The translations under genes were made by a program, and so were the position numbers. 64,000 nt of DNA from a virus, in IMG/VR virus record IMGVR_UViG_3300042882_000899, positions 1-64,000 of that record. The stretch is one strand, 5' to 3'. Below, one piece after another: positions 1 to 10,588 of the stretch; positions within the stretch are counted from its first letter, which is position 1; each line of letters opens with the position of its first letter. The notes under the pieces are model-generated. The model was not told the origin of the DNA. It worked only from the letters and a program-made list of their open reading frames with translations, and searched no databases.

Positions 1-2055
1 TTCCGCTTTATTAATCCAGAACGAAATGACTTTCCAGATATCGATACAGACTTTGAGGATCGTCGTCGTAAAGAGGTTAAAGATTATTTAAAGAAGAAGT
101 TCAAGCACGTTGCGTCTATTTCTACATTCACTTACTTTAAAGATAAGGGTGTTATTCGTGATGCAGCCCGTGTATTTATGGTTCCACTTTCTGATGTTAA
201 CCGTGCCATGAAGTCCATTGATACATTTGAAGACTTTATGGATTCACCAAATACAAAAGAGTTTAGATCAAAGTACCCAGAGGTCACATGGCTTGCTGAA
301 AAGCTACGTGGAAAAATTCGCAGCGTTGGAGTGCATGCTGCTGGAGTTGTTGTAGCAAAAGATGATTTAAGAAAGTATGCTCCAATAGAATCTAGAGCAG
401 ATGCAAATGACGAAGTTTCTGGAAGAATTCCAGTCGTGGCATACGACATGGATACGGTTGCAGATATAGGTCTTATTAAACTAGATGCCCTAGGACTTAA
501 GACTTTATCTGTAATCTCTGATACTTTAAAAACAATTAAGGACAGATCAGGTAAAGAAATTAACTTGTACGACATACCTCTTGACGATAAAAATGTTTAT
601 AAGATATTTAATGATGGATACACAAAGGGAATATTTCAGGCAGAAGCAACTCCATACACAAACCTTCTTATTAAAATGCGGGTTGACAAGTTTGAAGATT
701 TAGCTGCATCAAATGCTTTAGTTCGCCCAGGTGCAATGAATACAGTAGGTGCTTCTTATATTAAGCGTAAGCATGGAGATGAAGCGGTTCATTACACTCA
801 CCCTATAATGAAGCCTTTTACAGAAAATACATATGGAGTTATTATTTATCAAGAGCAAGTTATGCAAGCATGCGTACACTTGGGAGGCATGACTTGGTCA
901 GAAGCAGACAAGGTTAGAAAGGTTATTGGTAAGAAGCAAGATGCAAAAGAACTCAGTCCTTTCAAAGATAAGTTTATTGAGGGCGCTAAAAAACATATCA
1001 GCACCGATGAAGCAGAAAACCTCTGGAAAAACTTCGAAGCACATGCTGGATACTCATTCAATCGCAGTCACGCTGTCGCTTATTCTATGCTTTCTTATTA
1101 TACCGCTTGGCTTAAGTGCTATTATCCTTTGGAATTTTTATTCTCGATCCTTAAAAACGAAGGGGACAAAGACGCCAGAACAGGCTATCTGATTGAAGCA
1201 AAGAGACTTGGAATTAAGGTAAAGCTTCCACATGTTAATGAGTCTGATGTAAACTTTTCATTACAAAAAGATTCTATTAGGTTTGGATTAGCAGAGGTTA
1301 AATTTATTTCAGACAGTATTGCAAATAAGATTATAGAAAAGAGACCATATGAAAACTATAAAGACTTTGTTGATAAGGCATCCAAAAAAGGCAGTGGCAT
1401 TAATTCTAGGGCCATTTCTTCTCTTAACGCTATTGGCGGTGCTGCTTTTGATGATAATCCTAGAAGCGGCAAAGAAGCCGAGTCTTATTACGAATTTTTA
1501 GGGATACCATCCTTTAATCTTTCTAATCTGGATCCAAAGATTAAGGCACAGGCTAGACCAATTGACGAGTTTGAAGAGCTTGGCTCCTTTGTTATGTTTG
1601 GAATGGCTAAAAGTATAAAGCGTGGAAATGGTTGGTCAAGAATTGAGCTGGTCGATGAAAGCGGATCAGTAGGCCTATTTGATATTGAGCAAACAAAAAT
1701 AGAAACAAATAAAATGTATTTCGTTCTTGTTGGAGACAATAGAATATCTAGGTATGTAGAGGTCGACTTAATCAATAAAGATTCAGATGACGCTTTTGTT
1801 AAATATTTATATGCACAATCATACCCTATTGACGATAACCAGAGGTTTGTGATAAGCTATACACCATATAAAACAAAAGCTGGTAAGACTATGGCACACT
1901 TAGTTATGTCGGATAAAGATAAAAATTTAAATAGAGCAATTGTATTTTCAAGCATGTACCCACTTTCGTTGGCAAAAATGCGAGAAGGAATGATATGTCA
2001 GCCAGTTCTAAAAACTTTAGAAGATGGAACACTTATGGTTAAGGAAGTAATATGA
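1..2055 (+). CDS. dnaE: DNA polymerase III alpha subunit, 5'-truncated by the window edge
   Basis: Frame is open from base 1 (FRFINPERNDFPDIDTDF, catalytic PDIDxD); also HAAGVV, GLIKLDALGL, YSFNRSHA. Confidence 0.95.
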   Translation, partial: FRFINPERNDFPDIDTDFEDRRRKEVKDYLKKKFKHVASISTFTYFKDKGVIRDAARVFMVPLSDVNRAMKSIDTFEDFMDSPNTKEFRSKYPEVTWLAEKLRGKIRSVGVHAAGVVVAKDDLRKYAPIESRADANDEVSGRIPVVAYDMDTVADIGLIKLDALGLKTLSVISDTLKTIKDRSGKEINLYDIPLDDKNVYKIFNDGYTKGIFQAEATPYTNLLIKMRVDKFEDLAASNALVRPGAMNTVGASYIKRKHGDEAVHYTHPIMKPFTENTYGVIIYQEQVMQACVHLGGMTWSEADKVRKVIGKKQDAKELSPFKDKFIEGAKKHISTDEAENLWKNFEAHAGYSFNRSHAVAYSMLSYYTAWLKCYYPLEFLFSILKNEGDKDARTGYLIEAKRLGIKVKLPHVNESDVNFSLQKDSIRFGLAEVKFISDSIANKIIEKRPYENYKDFVDKASKKGSGINSRAISSLNAIGGAAFDDNPRSGKEAESYYEFLGIPSFNLSNLDPKIKAQARPIDEFEELGSFVMFGMAKSIKRGNGWSRIELVDESGSVGLFDIEQTKIETNKMYFVLVGDNRISRYVEVDLINKDSDDAFVKYLYAQSYPIDDNQRFVISYTPYKTKAGKTMAHLVMSDKDKNLNRAIVFSSMYPLSLAKMREGMICQPVLKTLEDGTLMVKEVI

Positions 2056-2276
2056 CAAATAACACAGAAGACATTTTTAAAACAATGAACGCCAGCAGAG
2101 TTCTAGTTGCTATTTTAAATAAAATTGGATCAATTGAGATTCCTACGGAAGATTTTATTAAGTCTAATAGTGAAGACACTCAGCTTTCTGTTGTTTATAA
2201 CGACGAGTCTTTGTCGTTTGAATTTAAGCTAGAGAGCAAAAATTCAGAATCTTATGATGAACTGGCTAATAATTAA
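2052..2276 (+). CDS. hypothetical protein
   Basis: ORF coupled between dnaE and recA. Confidence 0.6.
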   Translation: MTNNTEDIFKTMNASRVLVAILNKIGSIEIPTEDFIKSNSEDTQLSVVYNDESLSFEFKLESKNSESYDELANN

Positions 2277-2281
2277 TTAGC

Positions 2282-3286
2282 ATGGATATTCAACTAGATG
2301 ATATTTTAGCAAAGCTAGACCCAAAGACTAGAGCCAGGGTTCAGTCAGCTGTTGATATCCAGATAGATAAGCAGCCAACCCCAAGCATAGGACTAAACTT
2401 TGCACTAAACGGCGGATTTGCATATGGTAGGCAGATACTTGTTTGGGGAAACAAGTCAGCAGGAAAATCTTCTTTTTGCTTGCAAATGATTGCATTAGCT
2501 CAAAAAGAAGGAAAGACATGTGCATGGATCGATGCAGAGCACTCATATGATCCCGATTGGGCAGAAAAGCTTGGAGTAAACTCAAAAGAATTAATTTATT
2601 CACCAGCTAAAACAGTAAACGACATGGTAGATGTTGCAACAAAACTTATGGAAGCGGGAGTTGATTTGATTGTAGTAGACTCTATTTCAGCACTTCTACC
2701 AGCAATTTATTTTGAAAAAGATGGAAATGAAATGAAAGATTTGCAGGACACAAAGCAGATCGGCGCAGAAGCAAAGGATATGACCCACGCAGTCAAGATG
2801 TTAAACTATGCAAACAAAAATACACTACTTGTTCTCATTTCACAACAAAGAAACCAGTTTGGATCTATGCATGCTAGCCACATACCCACGGGAGGCATGG
2901 CAGTTAAATTCTTCTCATCTACCGTTGTTAAACTATGGTCTTCGGAAGCCGAAGCTAATGCTATTAAAGCTGGCATTAAGGTTGGTGACAAAATTATTGA
3001 GCAAAGGGTTGGCAGGCCAGTCAATTGGATTGTTGATTACAACAAAGTCGGTCCCCCAAATTTATCTGGACAATACGACTTTTACTACCAAGGGGAAGCT
3101 CTTGGTATAGATTATGTAGGTGAAACATTAGATGTTGCTGAAATGTGTGGTATTGTAGAAAAGGGCGGAGCCTGGTATACTGTTAATGGAGAGAGATTGC
3201 AGGGCCGTGCAAAAGCTGTTGCATATTTAAAAGATAATCCAAAAGTAGTAGATACCCTAATTGAGGAAATCCGTGCCAAATCTTAA
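2282..3286 (+). CDS. recA: RecA/UvsX-like recombinase
   Basis: Walker A GNKSAGKS, IDAEH, VVDSIS, C-terminal GAWY...QGR. Confidence 0.93.
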   Translation: MDIQLDDILAKLDPKTRARVQSAVDIQIDKQPTPSIGLNFALNGGFAYGRQILVWGNKSAGKSSFCLQMIALAQKEGKTCAWIDAEHSYDPDWAEKLGVNSKELIYSPAKTVNDMVDVATKLMEAGVDLIVVDSISALLPAIYFEKDGNEMKDLQDTKQIGAEAKDMTHAVKMLNYANKNTLLVLISQQRNQFGSMHASHIPTGGMAVKFFSSTVVKLWSSEAEANAIKAGIKVGDKIIEQRVGRPVNWIVDYNKVGPPNLSGQYDFYYQGEALGIDYVGETLDVAEMCGIVEKGGAWYTVNGERLQGRAKAVAYLKDNPKVVDTLIEEIRAKS

Positions 3287-3464
3287 TGAGTTTTTGAAAA
3301 AACAAGAGCGTAAGGAAATTAATTCTACATTTGAATCCCTTACAGGTATTAGACCATGCTCTAAGTGCGATCTTGATGTAGATGGTGGGTGGTGGGATCC
3401 CGATAATTTAATAATGAAATGGACCTGCTCTGAAGGCCACGAAACAGTACACAGGATTCAGTAG
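3261..3464 (+). CDS. small Zn-binding hypothetical protein (start may be GTG 3273)
   Basis: CxxC...CxxxH. Confidence 0.55.
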   Translation: MRKSVPNLNEFLKKQERKEINSTFESLTGIRPCSKCDLDVDGGWWDPDNLIMKWTCSEGHETVHRIQ

Positions 3465-3769
3465 TGTCGGAAAGAGCAGAAGTAAAAAGAGACGGCGCCA
3501 AAGCTCAAAAAAATAGTGGGCGTGGGGAATATCAAAAGGGCGATGCCAAATGGAAGATGTTCCTTGTAGACTATAAAGAGTCCAAATCATCTTTTAATTT
3601 AAATAAACCTGTGTGGGCTAAAATTTGTACAGACACGTTTAAGGTTAATAGAGATATGCATCCTGCGCTAAAAATAATAATTGGATCAGACAATAAGGTT
3701 AGGCTTGGTATAATAGAGTGGTCAGTGTTAGAAGAGCTGATTGATTTTTGGGAGGAAAACCATGTTTAG
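3464..3769 (+). CDS. PD-(D/E)xK nuclease, Holliday-junction-resolvase-like
   Basis: SGRG..KGDA...VDYKE motif. Confidence 0.65.
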   Translation: MSERAEVKRDGAKAQKNSGRGEYQKGDAKWKMFLVDYKESKSSFNLNKPVWAKICTDTFKVNRDMHPALKIIIGSDNKVRLGIIEWSVLEELIDFWEENHV

Positions 3770-4754
3770 TTTAGACGAAAAGCATCACATAATGCCATTC
3801 GTTACCTTGTATAAGAATGCAATTAAAAACCCTAAAGATTTTTTAGACATAATAGAGTCATCTGAGAATGCTAATCCTGAGAACAGTATAGAAAATTCGT
3901 GGGGTGCGTGGGATAATTTTGGGGTTAAAGCAAATCTTCATGACATACACAACCAATCTAATAAAAACACTCACCCAGAGCTAAACATATTAGACGAGTT
4001 TACAGAGTTGATTAATGCTGGCTTAGATGAGTATATAAACTATTGGATAACAGAAAAAAATGTTGATATGTATAAGACAACAAACCCAGAGCACTGGAAA
4101 ACAATATTTCCCCCATTTGTTAAAAATTGGAACTACAGATCAAACTTAGTTGACCTAGTAGAAGACTTCGAGTCTTGTGAGACTGTAATGACAGCAAGCG
4201 GTAATCCTGGATGGATAAGCTCTGGAATTGACATATTAAAGCACAAGGAAAATACATCAGATAAATTTGCAATAGGATATCATATTGATACAGACGGAAG
4301 CATCGACACCCCAGGCCCAAAAACAGTTTTGACCGCTACAATATATATCAACGATGACTACGATGGCGGAGGGGTCTCATACTTAAATGAATTTGATGGG
4401 ACCATAGTGAACTATAAGCCATCTGCTGGCGACCTAGTTATATTTCCTTCATCAAAACCATTTTTCCATGCAGCACTTCCTTTAAGCGGAGACAAGCCAA
4501 AATATTTAGCAAGGAAGTTTTTAAGATGGAAAAGCATTGGATCGGAAGCTTGGCAAAATGAGATTAAAGAAAATGGCGAACAGTTCACATTAAAGCTTCA
4601 CACTGAAAAAAGAAAAATTGAATCAGCAATGGGGTACTATACAAAAAGAGTTTTCCTTAAGGGAGAAGATAGGTCTACCCAAGATCAACACGGAGACCCT
4701 TTCTTTGTTAAAGACATAATCGATTTTAATAAAAAAATAGAGGGTGGTGCATGA
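3741..4754 (+). CDS. 2OG-Fe(II) oxygenase, prolyl-hydroxylase-like (start probably 3762)
   Basis: HID...YINDDYDGG...GDLVIFPS...H. Confidence 0.85.
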   Translation: MIFGRKTMFSLDEKHHIMPFVTLYKNAIKNPKDFLDIIESSENANPENSIENSWGAWDNFGVKANLHDIHNQSNKNTHPELNILDEFTELINAGLDEYINYWITEKNVDMYKTTNPEHWKTIFPPFVKNWNYRSNLVDLVEDFESCETVMTASGNPGWISSGIDILKHKENTSDKFAIGYHIDTDGSIDTPGPKTVLTATIYINDDYDGGGVSYLNEFDGTIVNYKPSAGDLVIFPSSKPFFHAALPLSGDKPKYLARKFLRWKSIGSEAWQNEIKENGEQFTLKLHTEKRKIESAMGYYTKRVFLKGEDRSTQDQHGDPFFVKDIIDFNKKIEGGA

Positions 4755-5839
4755 TGTGGGAAGGACAACCAGGTTTTGCTCCTGGGTACGAAAAAAACCA
4801 TGATCTTTCAAAAAGACATGACCTTTTCCCTTACATTTCTGTTTATTCTGGCGGGATTAAAAACCCAGAACAAGTGCTTTCAATAATAAAAAAATCAGAG
4901 TCGCTTGAAAAGGTAGGACCATACTTAAGTAAGTGGGAGAGATGGTATGATTTTGGATTAAAGTCTAGACTTTATCCACACTCAGAAACAAAAAATTTAA
5001 TAACATTAAACTCCGAGCATTTAAATATGCTGTCAGAAGAAGAAGATAAAACTTTTTACGAGCAAGAGAAGCTGTATTTTGAAATAGATGATGCAGTTTA
5101 TTCTGCAATGAAAGATTACCTAGATCATTGGGTAGATAAGCCATTTGACCAATCATACTTTAATGATAATTGGGAATACAAGCAATCAATTTTCCCAGAG
5201 TGGCTTCCAGACTGGAATATTCGAGAAACATCTGGAAAGATTGGGACAGGTTGGCTGCAAAGCTCTTATGATGTTTTAAGCCACAACTCTGAAACCGATA
5301 CAAGGAATAATCGTGAGTATGCAATTGGATTTCATACCGACAATAAGGCAAGCATGGTTTCTATGCCAGGCCCAAAGCCGATTCTTACGGCTACAATTTA
5401 TCTAAATGACGACTACGACGGGGGAGAGGTTTCGTTCTTAGCAGATAGAAGCTCTTCTATAATAAGCTACAAGCCAAAGGCTGGGGACATAACCGTTTTC
5501 CCATCCTACAATCCATTTTTCCATGCTGCACTACCAGTTAGTGGCGGCAAAAAGTATTTAATTAGATACTTTTTGTGCTATTATTATGGAGGGTCAGAAG
5601 ATTACCTAGATGGTTTAGAGGAATACGGCGAAGAGGTCTGGAAAAAAATGCAACAGTATAGAATTCTTGCAGAAGATAACTCTGGAATGCATGAAAGACA
5701 TGTGTTGTTCCCAGGAGACAGCCCAGAAGAAACATTTAGGAATTGGTCAAAAATTTATAGAAAGCAGTCTGCTATAAATAGACAACCATTTTTTGCTGAG
5801 ACTGTAAAATATGTAGATGGGAGAAAAGATTTTGATTAG
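4751..5839 (+). CDS. 2OG-Fe(II) oxygenase
   Basis: HTD...YLNDDYDGGE...FPS...H. Confidence 0.85.
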   Translation: MMWEGQPGFAPGYEKNHDLSKRHDLFPYISVYSGGIKNPEQVLSIIKKSESLEKVGPYLSKWERWYDFGLKSRLYPHSETKNLITLNSEHLNMLSEEEDKTFYEQEKLYFEIDDAVYSAMKDYLDHWVDKPFDQSYFNDNWEYKQSIFPEWLPDWNIRETSGKIGTGWLQSSYDVLSHNSETDTRNNREYAIGFHTDNKASMVSMPGPKPILTATIYLNDDYDGGEVSFLADRSSSIISYKPKAGDITVFPSYNPFFHAALPVSGGKKYLIRYFLCYYYGGSEDYLDGLEEYGEEVWKKMQQYRILAEDNSGMHERHVLFPGDSPEETFRNWSKIYRKQSAINRQPFFAETVKYVDGRKDFD

Positions 5840-6893
5840 TCATGAGATATTTAAGCAATGTATAGTTTACCAGGTGGAAGACTTCGATGCTAAAGGAGTG
5901 CTTGATGTTATAAAATCCTCAGAAGGAATACAAGAGGGACATCTTATAGCTGAATGGGAAGACTGGTACACATTTGGAAAAAAAACAAAGTTCATTGATG
6001 CAAGAAAAGAAACAAATCCTGTAACTGAAGATCTAGACCGTATTTATACTGATGCCCATATGAAAGTTAAGACTGTTATAGATAGATGTATTAATGACTA
6101 CATAGCCAATTATTTAGATAGCGGACAAAGATCTTGGCCAGATTATGTTGATTTTTCTGATTTAAAAAAGGGCGTGTACAAGAAAAAAAGTTATATAGAC
6201 TCGATAGACTTTGCTGACTTAGAAAGCGAAGATGTATTAGAAAGCATGATGGACCTTAAGATAGTCACCTGTGATAATACTGGAGATCCTATATTTAGAA
6301 ACCCTTCCAATGGGTGGTCTGATAGCTCCTATGATTTATTAAGGCATGACCCTTTAACAGACAGGGAGTATGCAATAGGTTGGCATACAGATAGAAATGA
6401 AGGTTTAGATGAAGCTCCAGGGCCAAAGTCTATACTATCAGTAACCATATATCTTAACGATGATTATGAGGGCGGCGAGATTGCATTCTTAAAGGATGGA
6501 GACGATAAGGTTATTGTTTATAAGCCAAAGGCTGGCGACATAGTAATTTTTCCTTCTTCTAATCCTTTTCAGCATGCAGCAATGCCAATAAAATCAAATG
6601 TTCCAAAATATTTTATAAGACACTTTCTTACTTGGTCGTACCCTGGAAGCGAAGATTGGAATTTAAACGCTAAAAAGTTTGGATTAGACGAGTGGATTCA
6701 AATGGAGCATGAGAGAATACACTTAGAAACAATTTCTGGCAAAGGAAGAAAGCATGTTGTTTTGCCAGGGGCAAGAAATGATTTTGATAAAAGATCTATG
6801 CCAGAACCATTTTACGTAGAATCCCAAATAAACGGAGAAGATTATTACATAAAAGAAGTTATTTTTATGTATGGAAGCTCTTTACAAAAATAA
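5817..6893 (+). CDS. 2OG-Fe(II) oxygenase
   Basis: HTD...YLNDDYEGGE...FPS...H. Confidence 0.85.
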   Translation: MGEKILISHEIFKQCIVYQVEDFDAKGVLDVIKSSEGIQEGHLIAEWEDWYTFGKKTKFIDARKETNPVTEDLDRIYTDAHMKVKTVIDRCINDYIANYLDSGQRSWPDYVDFSDLKKGVYKKKSYIDSIDFADLESEDVLESMMDLKIVTCDNTGDPIFRNPSNGWSDSSYDLLRHDPLTDREYAIGWHTDRNEGLDEAPGPKSILSVTIYLNDDYEGGEIAFLKDGDDKVIVYKPKAGDIVIFPSSNPFQHAAMPIKSNVPKYFIRHFLTWSYPGSEDWNLNAKKFGLDEWIQMEHERIHLETISGKGRKHVVLPGARNDFDKRSMPEPFYVESQINGEDYYIKEVIFMYGSSLQK

Positions 6894-6957
6894 AAAGATT
6901 TACTATACTTAGTTCTGAGCAGTTTAAAATAAATTACTCATATTTATAAGGAGTAAC

Positions 6958-7350
6958 ATGGCTAACCCAACAATTACAATAGTAGGAAGAGTTGGTAGTG
7001 ACCCAGAAGTTGTAGGATCAAACGGTCTTCGATTTAGAGTTGCTACAAATGATCGTGTTAAGAATGATGTTACTGGAGCCTGGGAAGATAAAAATACTTC
7101 TTGGTGGACAGTAAAGGCCTGGCGAACACTAGCCGATCAATCAAAGTCGGTAATTCGGAAGGGCATGGAAGTTACCATTGTAGGTAAAATCTATGAAGAT
7201 ACCTGGACAGATAAAGAAGGTATCAAGAAGAGCTCTTACGAAATTAATGCAGATTCAATTTCTGTAACAACATACACATTGTCTAAAGACAAGATGCCGA
7301 ATTCAGATGAATTCCCATCTTATAAGACATATGCAGAGGTTCCATTTTAA
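6958..7350 (+). CDS. ssb: single-stranded DNA-binding protein
   Basis: ITIVGRVGSDPE OB-fold start, C-terminal EVPF, good SD. Confidence 0.9.
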   Translation: MANPTITIVGRVGSDPEVVGSNGLRFRVATNDRVKNDVTGAWEDKNTSWWTVKAWRTLADQSKSVIRKGMEVTIVGKIYEDTWTDKEGIKKSSYEINADSISVTTYTLSKDKMPNSDEFPSYKTYAEVPF

Positions 7351-7505
7351 TGAAAGAAGTAGTTCTTACTACATTAGTAGGAATTGGCGTGGGTGGGATA
7401 TTTAGTCTATTTAGACTACCTATCCCTGCCCCTCCAGTATTCTCTGGTCTTATGGGCATATTTGGCTTATGGCTGGGGTATGGATTAGTTCAAAGGATAA
7501 TCTAA
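7350..7505 (+). CDS. XapX/DUF1427-like small membrane protein (absent from ORF track)
   Basis: MKEVVLTTLVGIGVGGIFSLFRLPIPAPPVFSGLMGIFGLWLGY...; LPIPAPP motif. Confidence 0.75.
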   Translation: MKEVVLTTLVGIGVGGIFSLFRLPIPAPPVFSGLMGIFGLWLGYGLVQRII

Positions 7506-7595
7506 TGCTAATATTTTTTTATGGTGTGATGTTAGGATTTGTTGTAGGCTACGGAGTTGGTCTTTTAATGGATAAATGGGATAAGAGGATTAAAA

Positions 7596-7934
7596 GTGAC
7601 AGAGGATAAAAACACACTAGAGCTAATTAACTCTATCACTGAGTTCAATGATCTTCATGAATATATGAATGATGCTCAACTTGATAGAGCTTTAGCTGTT
7701 ATAGTTAAGCTATTATTAAATCCAGATGTTCCTGCTGCAAAAGCACCACATCTTATCATTGAGCTTCAGGCTATGTCTACTAAGTTTGCCATGATGGCAT
7801 CATATTATTCAACAATAGCAAAAGATAAAGCTGGAACAGCAAACAACAATAAGAAAAATATATATTATTCAGCAAAGGAGTCCATAGACAAACTTGTAGA
7901 TGCACTTAAGTATGTCGTTAGGTATAACTTGTAA
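7596..7934 (+). CDS. hypothetical protein
   Basis: ORF in operon. Confidence 0.65.
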   Translation: MTEDKNTLELINSITEFNDLHEYMNDAQLDRALAVIVKLLLNPDVPAAKAPHLIIELQAMSTKFAMMASYYSTIAKDKAGTANNNKKNIYYSAKESIDKLVDALKYVVRYNL

Positions 7935-8725
7935 TGGGTAGAAACATAGTAAAAAATTTAAAGTTTAAAAAGCACATGGGTAAGTTTTTTGACCCAGAAC
8001 TTTTTGCATCGATGCTTGATGAGTCGTATAAGAATACAAAAAGAGCAGATGGAGAAATGACTAAGGCATCATTTAGTCCAAGCTCCCTTGGTTACGGCCA
8101 CGGAACATGTCCCAGATATTGGTATATGGCTTTTTCTGGAGCTGTTTTTATTGATAACAATGATGCGGTTGCCGTTGCAAATATGGCCCAGGGCACACAA
8201 GCTCACGAGAGGCTTCAAAATTTAATTAAAACTATGCCACAATGGAAAGCCGAAGAAGAAGAGATTACTAATGAGTATCCTCCAATACGTGGATTTATTG
8301 ACCTTGTAATGGAATATGATGGAGAAACAGTAATTGGTGAAATCAAAACTGCCAAGCAAGAAGTTTGGGATACTAGGCAGGCTGAGATGAGTCCATCTAC
8401 AAACCATCTACTTCAACTACTTACATACATGAAGTTAAAGGATGCAAAAGAAGGATTCTTTCTTTATGAAAATAAAAACACTCAAGAGATATTAATTATT
8501 CCAGTATCAATGAATGAGAGAAATAAAAAGATCATTGAGGACACTTTTATATGGATGAGAGAAGTCTGGGACAACTTTAAAGATGGCGACCTGCCAATGA
8601 AGCCAGAGGGAGCCACAAAAACCAAGATGCCTTGCACATACTGCCCTATTAAAAAAGAATGTTATTCAAAAGATACCCCTATTGGAACGGTGCAGATAGA
8701 AAGGTTCAAGGTGCCATCTTTATGA
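7934..8725 (+). CDS. Cas4-like PD-(D/E)xK exonuclease
   Basis: CPRY, GT..HE, GFID...EIKT, QL..Y, C-terminal CxxC...C. Confidence 0.85.
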   Translation: MGRNIVKNLKFKKHMGKFFDPELFASMLDESYKNTKRADGEMTKASFSPSSLGYGHGTCPRYWYMAFSGAVFIDNNDAVAVANMAQGTQAHERLQNLIKTMPQWKAEEEEITNEYPPIRGFIDLVMEYDGETVIGEIKTAKQEVWDTRQAEMSPSTNHLLQLLTYMKLKDAKEGFFLYENKNTQEILIIPVSMNERNKKIIEDTFIWMREVWDNFKDGDLPMKPEGATKTKMPCTYCPIKKECYSKDTPIGTVQIERFKVPSL

Positions 8726-9006
8726 TATGTGCAAACACAGATTGTATTAATGAGAAAGAGTTTACTCCAAAAACACATAATCAAAAGTATTGTAGCGACG
8801 AATGTTGCAGAGTTGCAACAAATAAAAAAATAATGGAAAAGTACTACGAAAAAAAAGCAATTAGATCTGGTCAAAAAAGATACTGCACCTCTTGCAAGTC
8901 TCCATTGAGTAGGTACAACACACTCTCTGTTTGTGCAAAATGCGAAAAAAATAATTCTACATCAGACAGAAATAAAATAATTGGAATGATCAATGACGCT
9001 TGCTAA
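8722..9006 (+). CDS. Cys-rich Zn-finger protein
   Basis: Several CxxC motifs; ATG overlaps the upstream stop. Confidence 0.6.
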   Translation: MICANTDCINEKEFTPKTHNQKYCSDECCRVATNKKIMEKYYEKKAIRSGQKRYCTSCKSPLSRYNTLSVCAKCEKNNSTSDRNKIIGMINDAC

Positions 9007-9559
9007 ACTATCTAGAACAAAGGCTTCCAGGGTTTTGGGGATAGACGCATCAACTTCATCGGTTGCTTTTTGTTTGATTGAAGACAACAAGCCTTTAAAG
9101 TGGGGTAAAATAAATTTAGTTGGAAATGATATATATGAAAAAATTCACGATGCAAAAATAAAAACTCATTCGATATTAAACGAGATTAAGTCGGACTATA
9201 TTGCCGTAGAAGGAGCTGTTCTTGTTAGATCTCCTGATGCTGTGATAAAATTATCATATGTCTACGGGGTTGTTATTGCTGAGCTAATGTCTACTGGAGC
9301 AAAAGTTATTACAATTAGTCCTTCTGCATGGCAATCGCATATTGGAAATAAAAACCCTACAAAAGAAGAAAAGTCTTCAATAAGATTAGCCAACCCAGGA
9401 TACGCAGACTCATGGTATAAAAATAAACTGCGTAGCATGAGAAAGCAAAGAACAGCAGATTATTTTAACAATAAGTACGGATTAGATATAATTGATTATG
9501 ACGTAGCAGATTCGTTTGGAATTGCTTACTATGCCAATGAAGTGTTGACAAAGAGGTGA
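8993..9559 (+). CDS. ruvC: RuvC-like Holliday junction resolvase
   Basis: VLGIDAS, AVEG, DVADSFGIA. Confidence 0.8.
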   Translation: MTLAKLSRTKASRVLGIDASTSSVAFCLIEDNKPLKWGKINLVGNDIYEKIHDAKIKTHSILNEIKSDYIAVEGAVLVRSPDAVIKLSYVYGVVIAELMSTGAKVITISPSAWQSHIGNKNPTKEEKSSIRLANPGYADSWYKNKLRSMRKQRTADYFNNKYGLDIIDYDVADSFGIAYYANEVLTKR

Positions 9560-9696
9560 AATTGTATAAAAATAGAGACTGGTTACATAGGAGATATGTA
9601 ATACAAAGAAAAACAATGTCTGAAATTGCACAAGAGTGTGGCGTAACTGTTATGACCATACATAGAGCATTAAAAGAAAAAGGTTTAATAAAATGA
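9556..9696 (+). CDS. small helix-turn-helix protein (absent from ORF track)
   Basis: MKLYKNRDWLHRRYVIQRKTMSEIAQECGVTVMTIHRALK. Confidence 0.7.
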   Translation: MKLYKNRDWLHRRYVIQRKTMSEIAQECGVTVMTIHRALKEKGLIK

Positions 9697-10034
9697 CTTT
9701 AGAACCAGTATTTGAAGATTCAAAAGAATTTAGATATGATGACCTATATTTGCTTACAGTAGGAACAGAAGCTGGAAAAGAAATTTTAAACACATGTCTT
9801 GAAATTGCTCATATGCTTATTAAAAAGAATATATCTTATGGAAACTCTGCGCTGGACCCAGTTCGTATATTTTCCAAAGCGGGCCCAAAAGAGCAGCTGT
9901 ACGTTAGAATTGATGACAAGCTAAATAGGCTTATTAAAGGAGAAGAGTATCCAGGAGATAATGATATTGATGATTTAATTGGCTACCTAATATTGCTAAA
10001 GGTTGCTAAGGAATTTGCTATTTCAGTCAACTAG
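9693..10034 (+). CDS. DUF1599/nucleotide-modification-associated-like protein
   Basis: KKNISYGNS...RIDDKLNR...DLIGY. Confidence 0.6.
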   Translation: MTLEPVFEDSKEFRYDDLYLLTVGTEAGKEILNTCLEIAHMLIKKNISYGNSALDPVRIFSKAGPKEQLYVRIDDKLNRLIKGEEYPGDNDIDDLIGYLILLKVAKEFAISVN

Positions 10035-10051
10035 AAGTATAATATATTAAT

Positions 10052-10588
10052 ATGGAAATTGAATTAGCTGATCATTTTGATCGAATGAATAAAGTAGTTG
10101 AAGAGCTTCTTAAGGGAAACACGCCCACTCAAATTGCTACAATTACTGGTCTCAAAAGGGCAGAGGTTTTAGAGCATATTGACGAGTGGAAAAAAGTAGT
10201 AAGAAACGATTCAAGCGCTAGAGATAAAGCAAAAGAAGCAATCTCTGCCGCAGACCAGCACTATGCAATGCTTATAAATGAAGCTTGGGAGCTAGCAAAA
10301 GAAGCCAAAATGCAGGGCCAACTTGGAGTTCAAGCTACAGCGATTAAGTTAGCAGGAGATATGCAAAACAAGAAAGTCACCATGCTTCAGGACGTAGGCC
10401 TTCTTGAAAACAATGAGCTTGCTTCACAGATATCAGACACAGAAAGAAAGCAAGAGATTCTGGTTAAGATACTTAAAGAGGTTTCTGCAACTTGCCCTAA
10501 ATGCAAACTTGAAGTTTCAAAGCGTCTATCTCAAATAAATGGAATAGCAGAGCCAATAGAAATTGTAGAGGCGGTGTCAAATGGTTAG
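10052..10588 (+). CDS. HTH protein, putative terminase small subunit
   Basis: N-terminal HTH, helical, upstream of terL; leaderless TATAAT at 10038. Confidence 0.5.
   Translation: MEIELADHFDRMNKVVEELLKGNTPTQIATITGLKRAEVLEHIDEWKKVVRNDSSARDKAKEAISAADQHYAMLINEAWELAKEAKMQGQLGVQATAIKLAGDMQNKKVTMLQDVGLLENNELASQISDTERKQEILVKILKEVSATCPKCKLEVSKRLSQINGIAEPIEIVEAVSNG

Noticed and set aside
7934-8725. Cas4-like gene as evidence of CRISPR-Cas
   Set aside because: No cas1/cas2 or array; solo Cas4-like nucleases are common in phage recombination modules
8993-9559. RuvC-like ORF as TnpB or a transposase
   Set aside because: Only 188 aa, no Zn finger or terminal repeats; resolvase context
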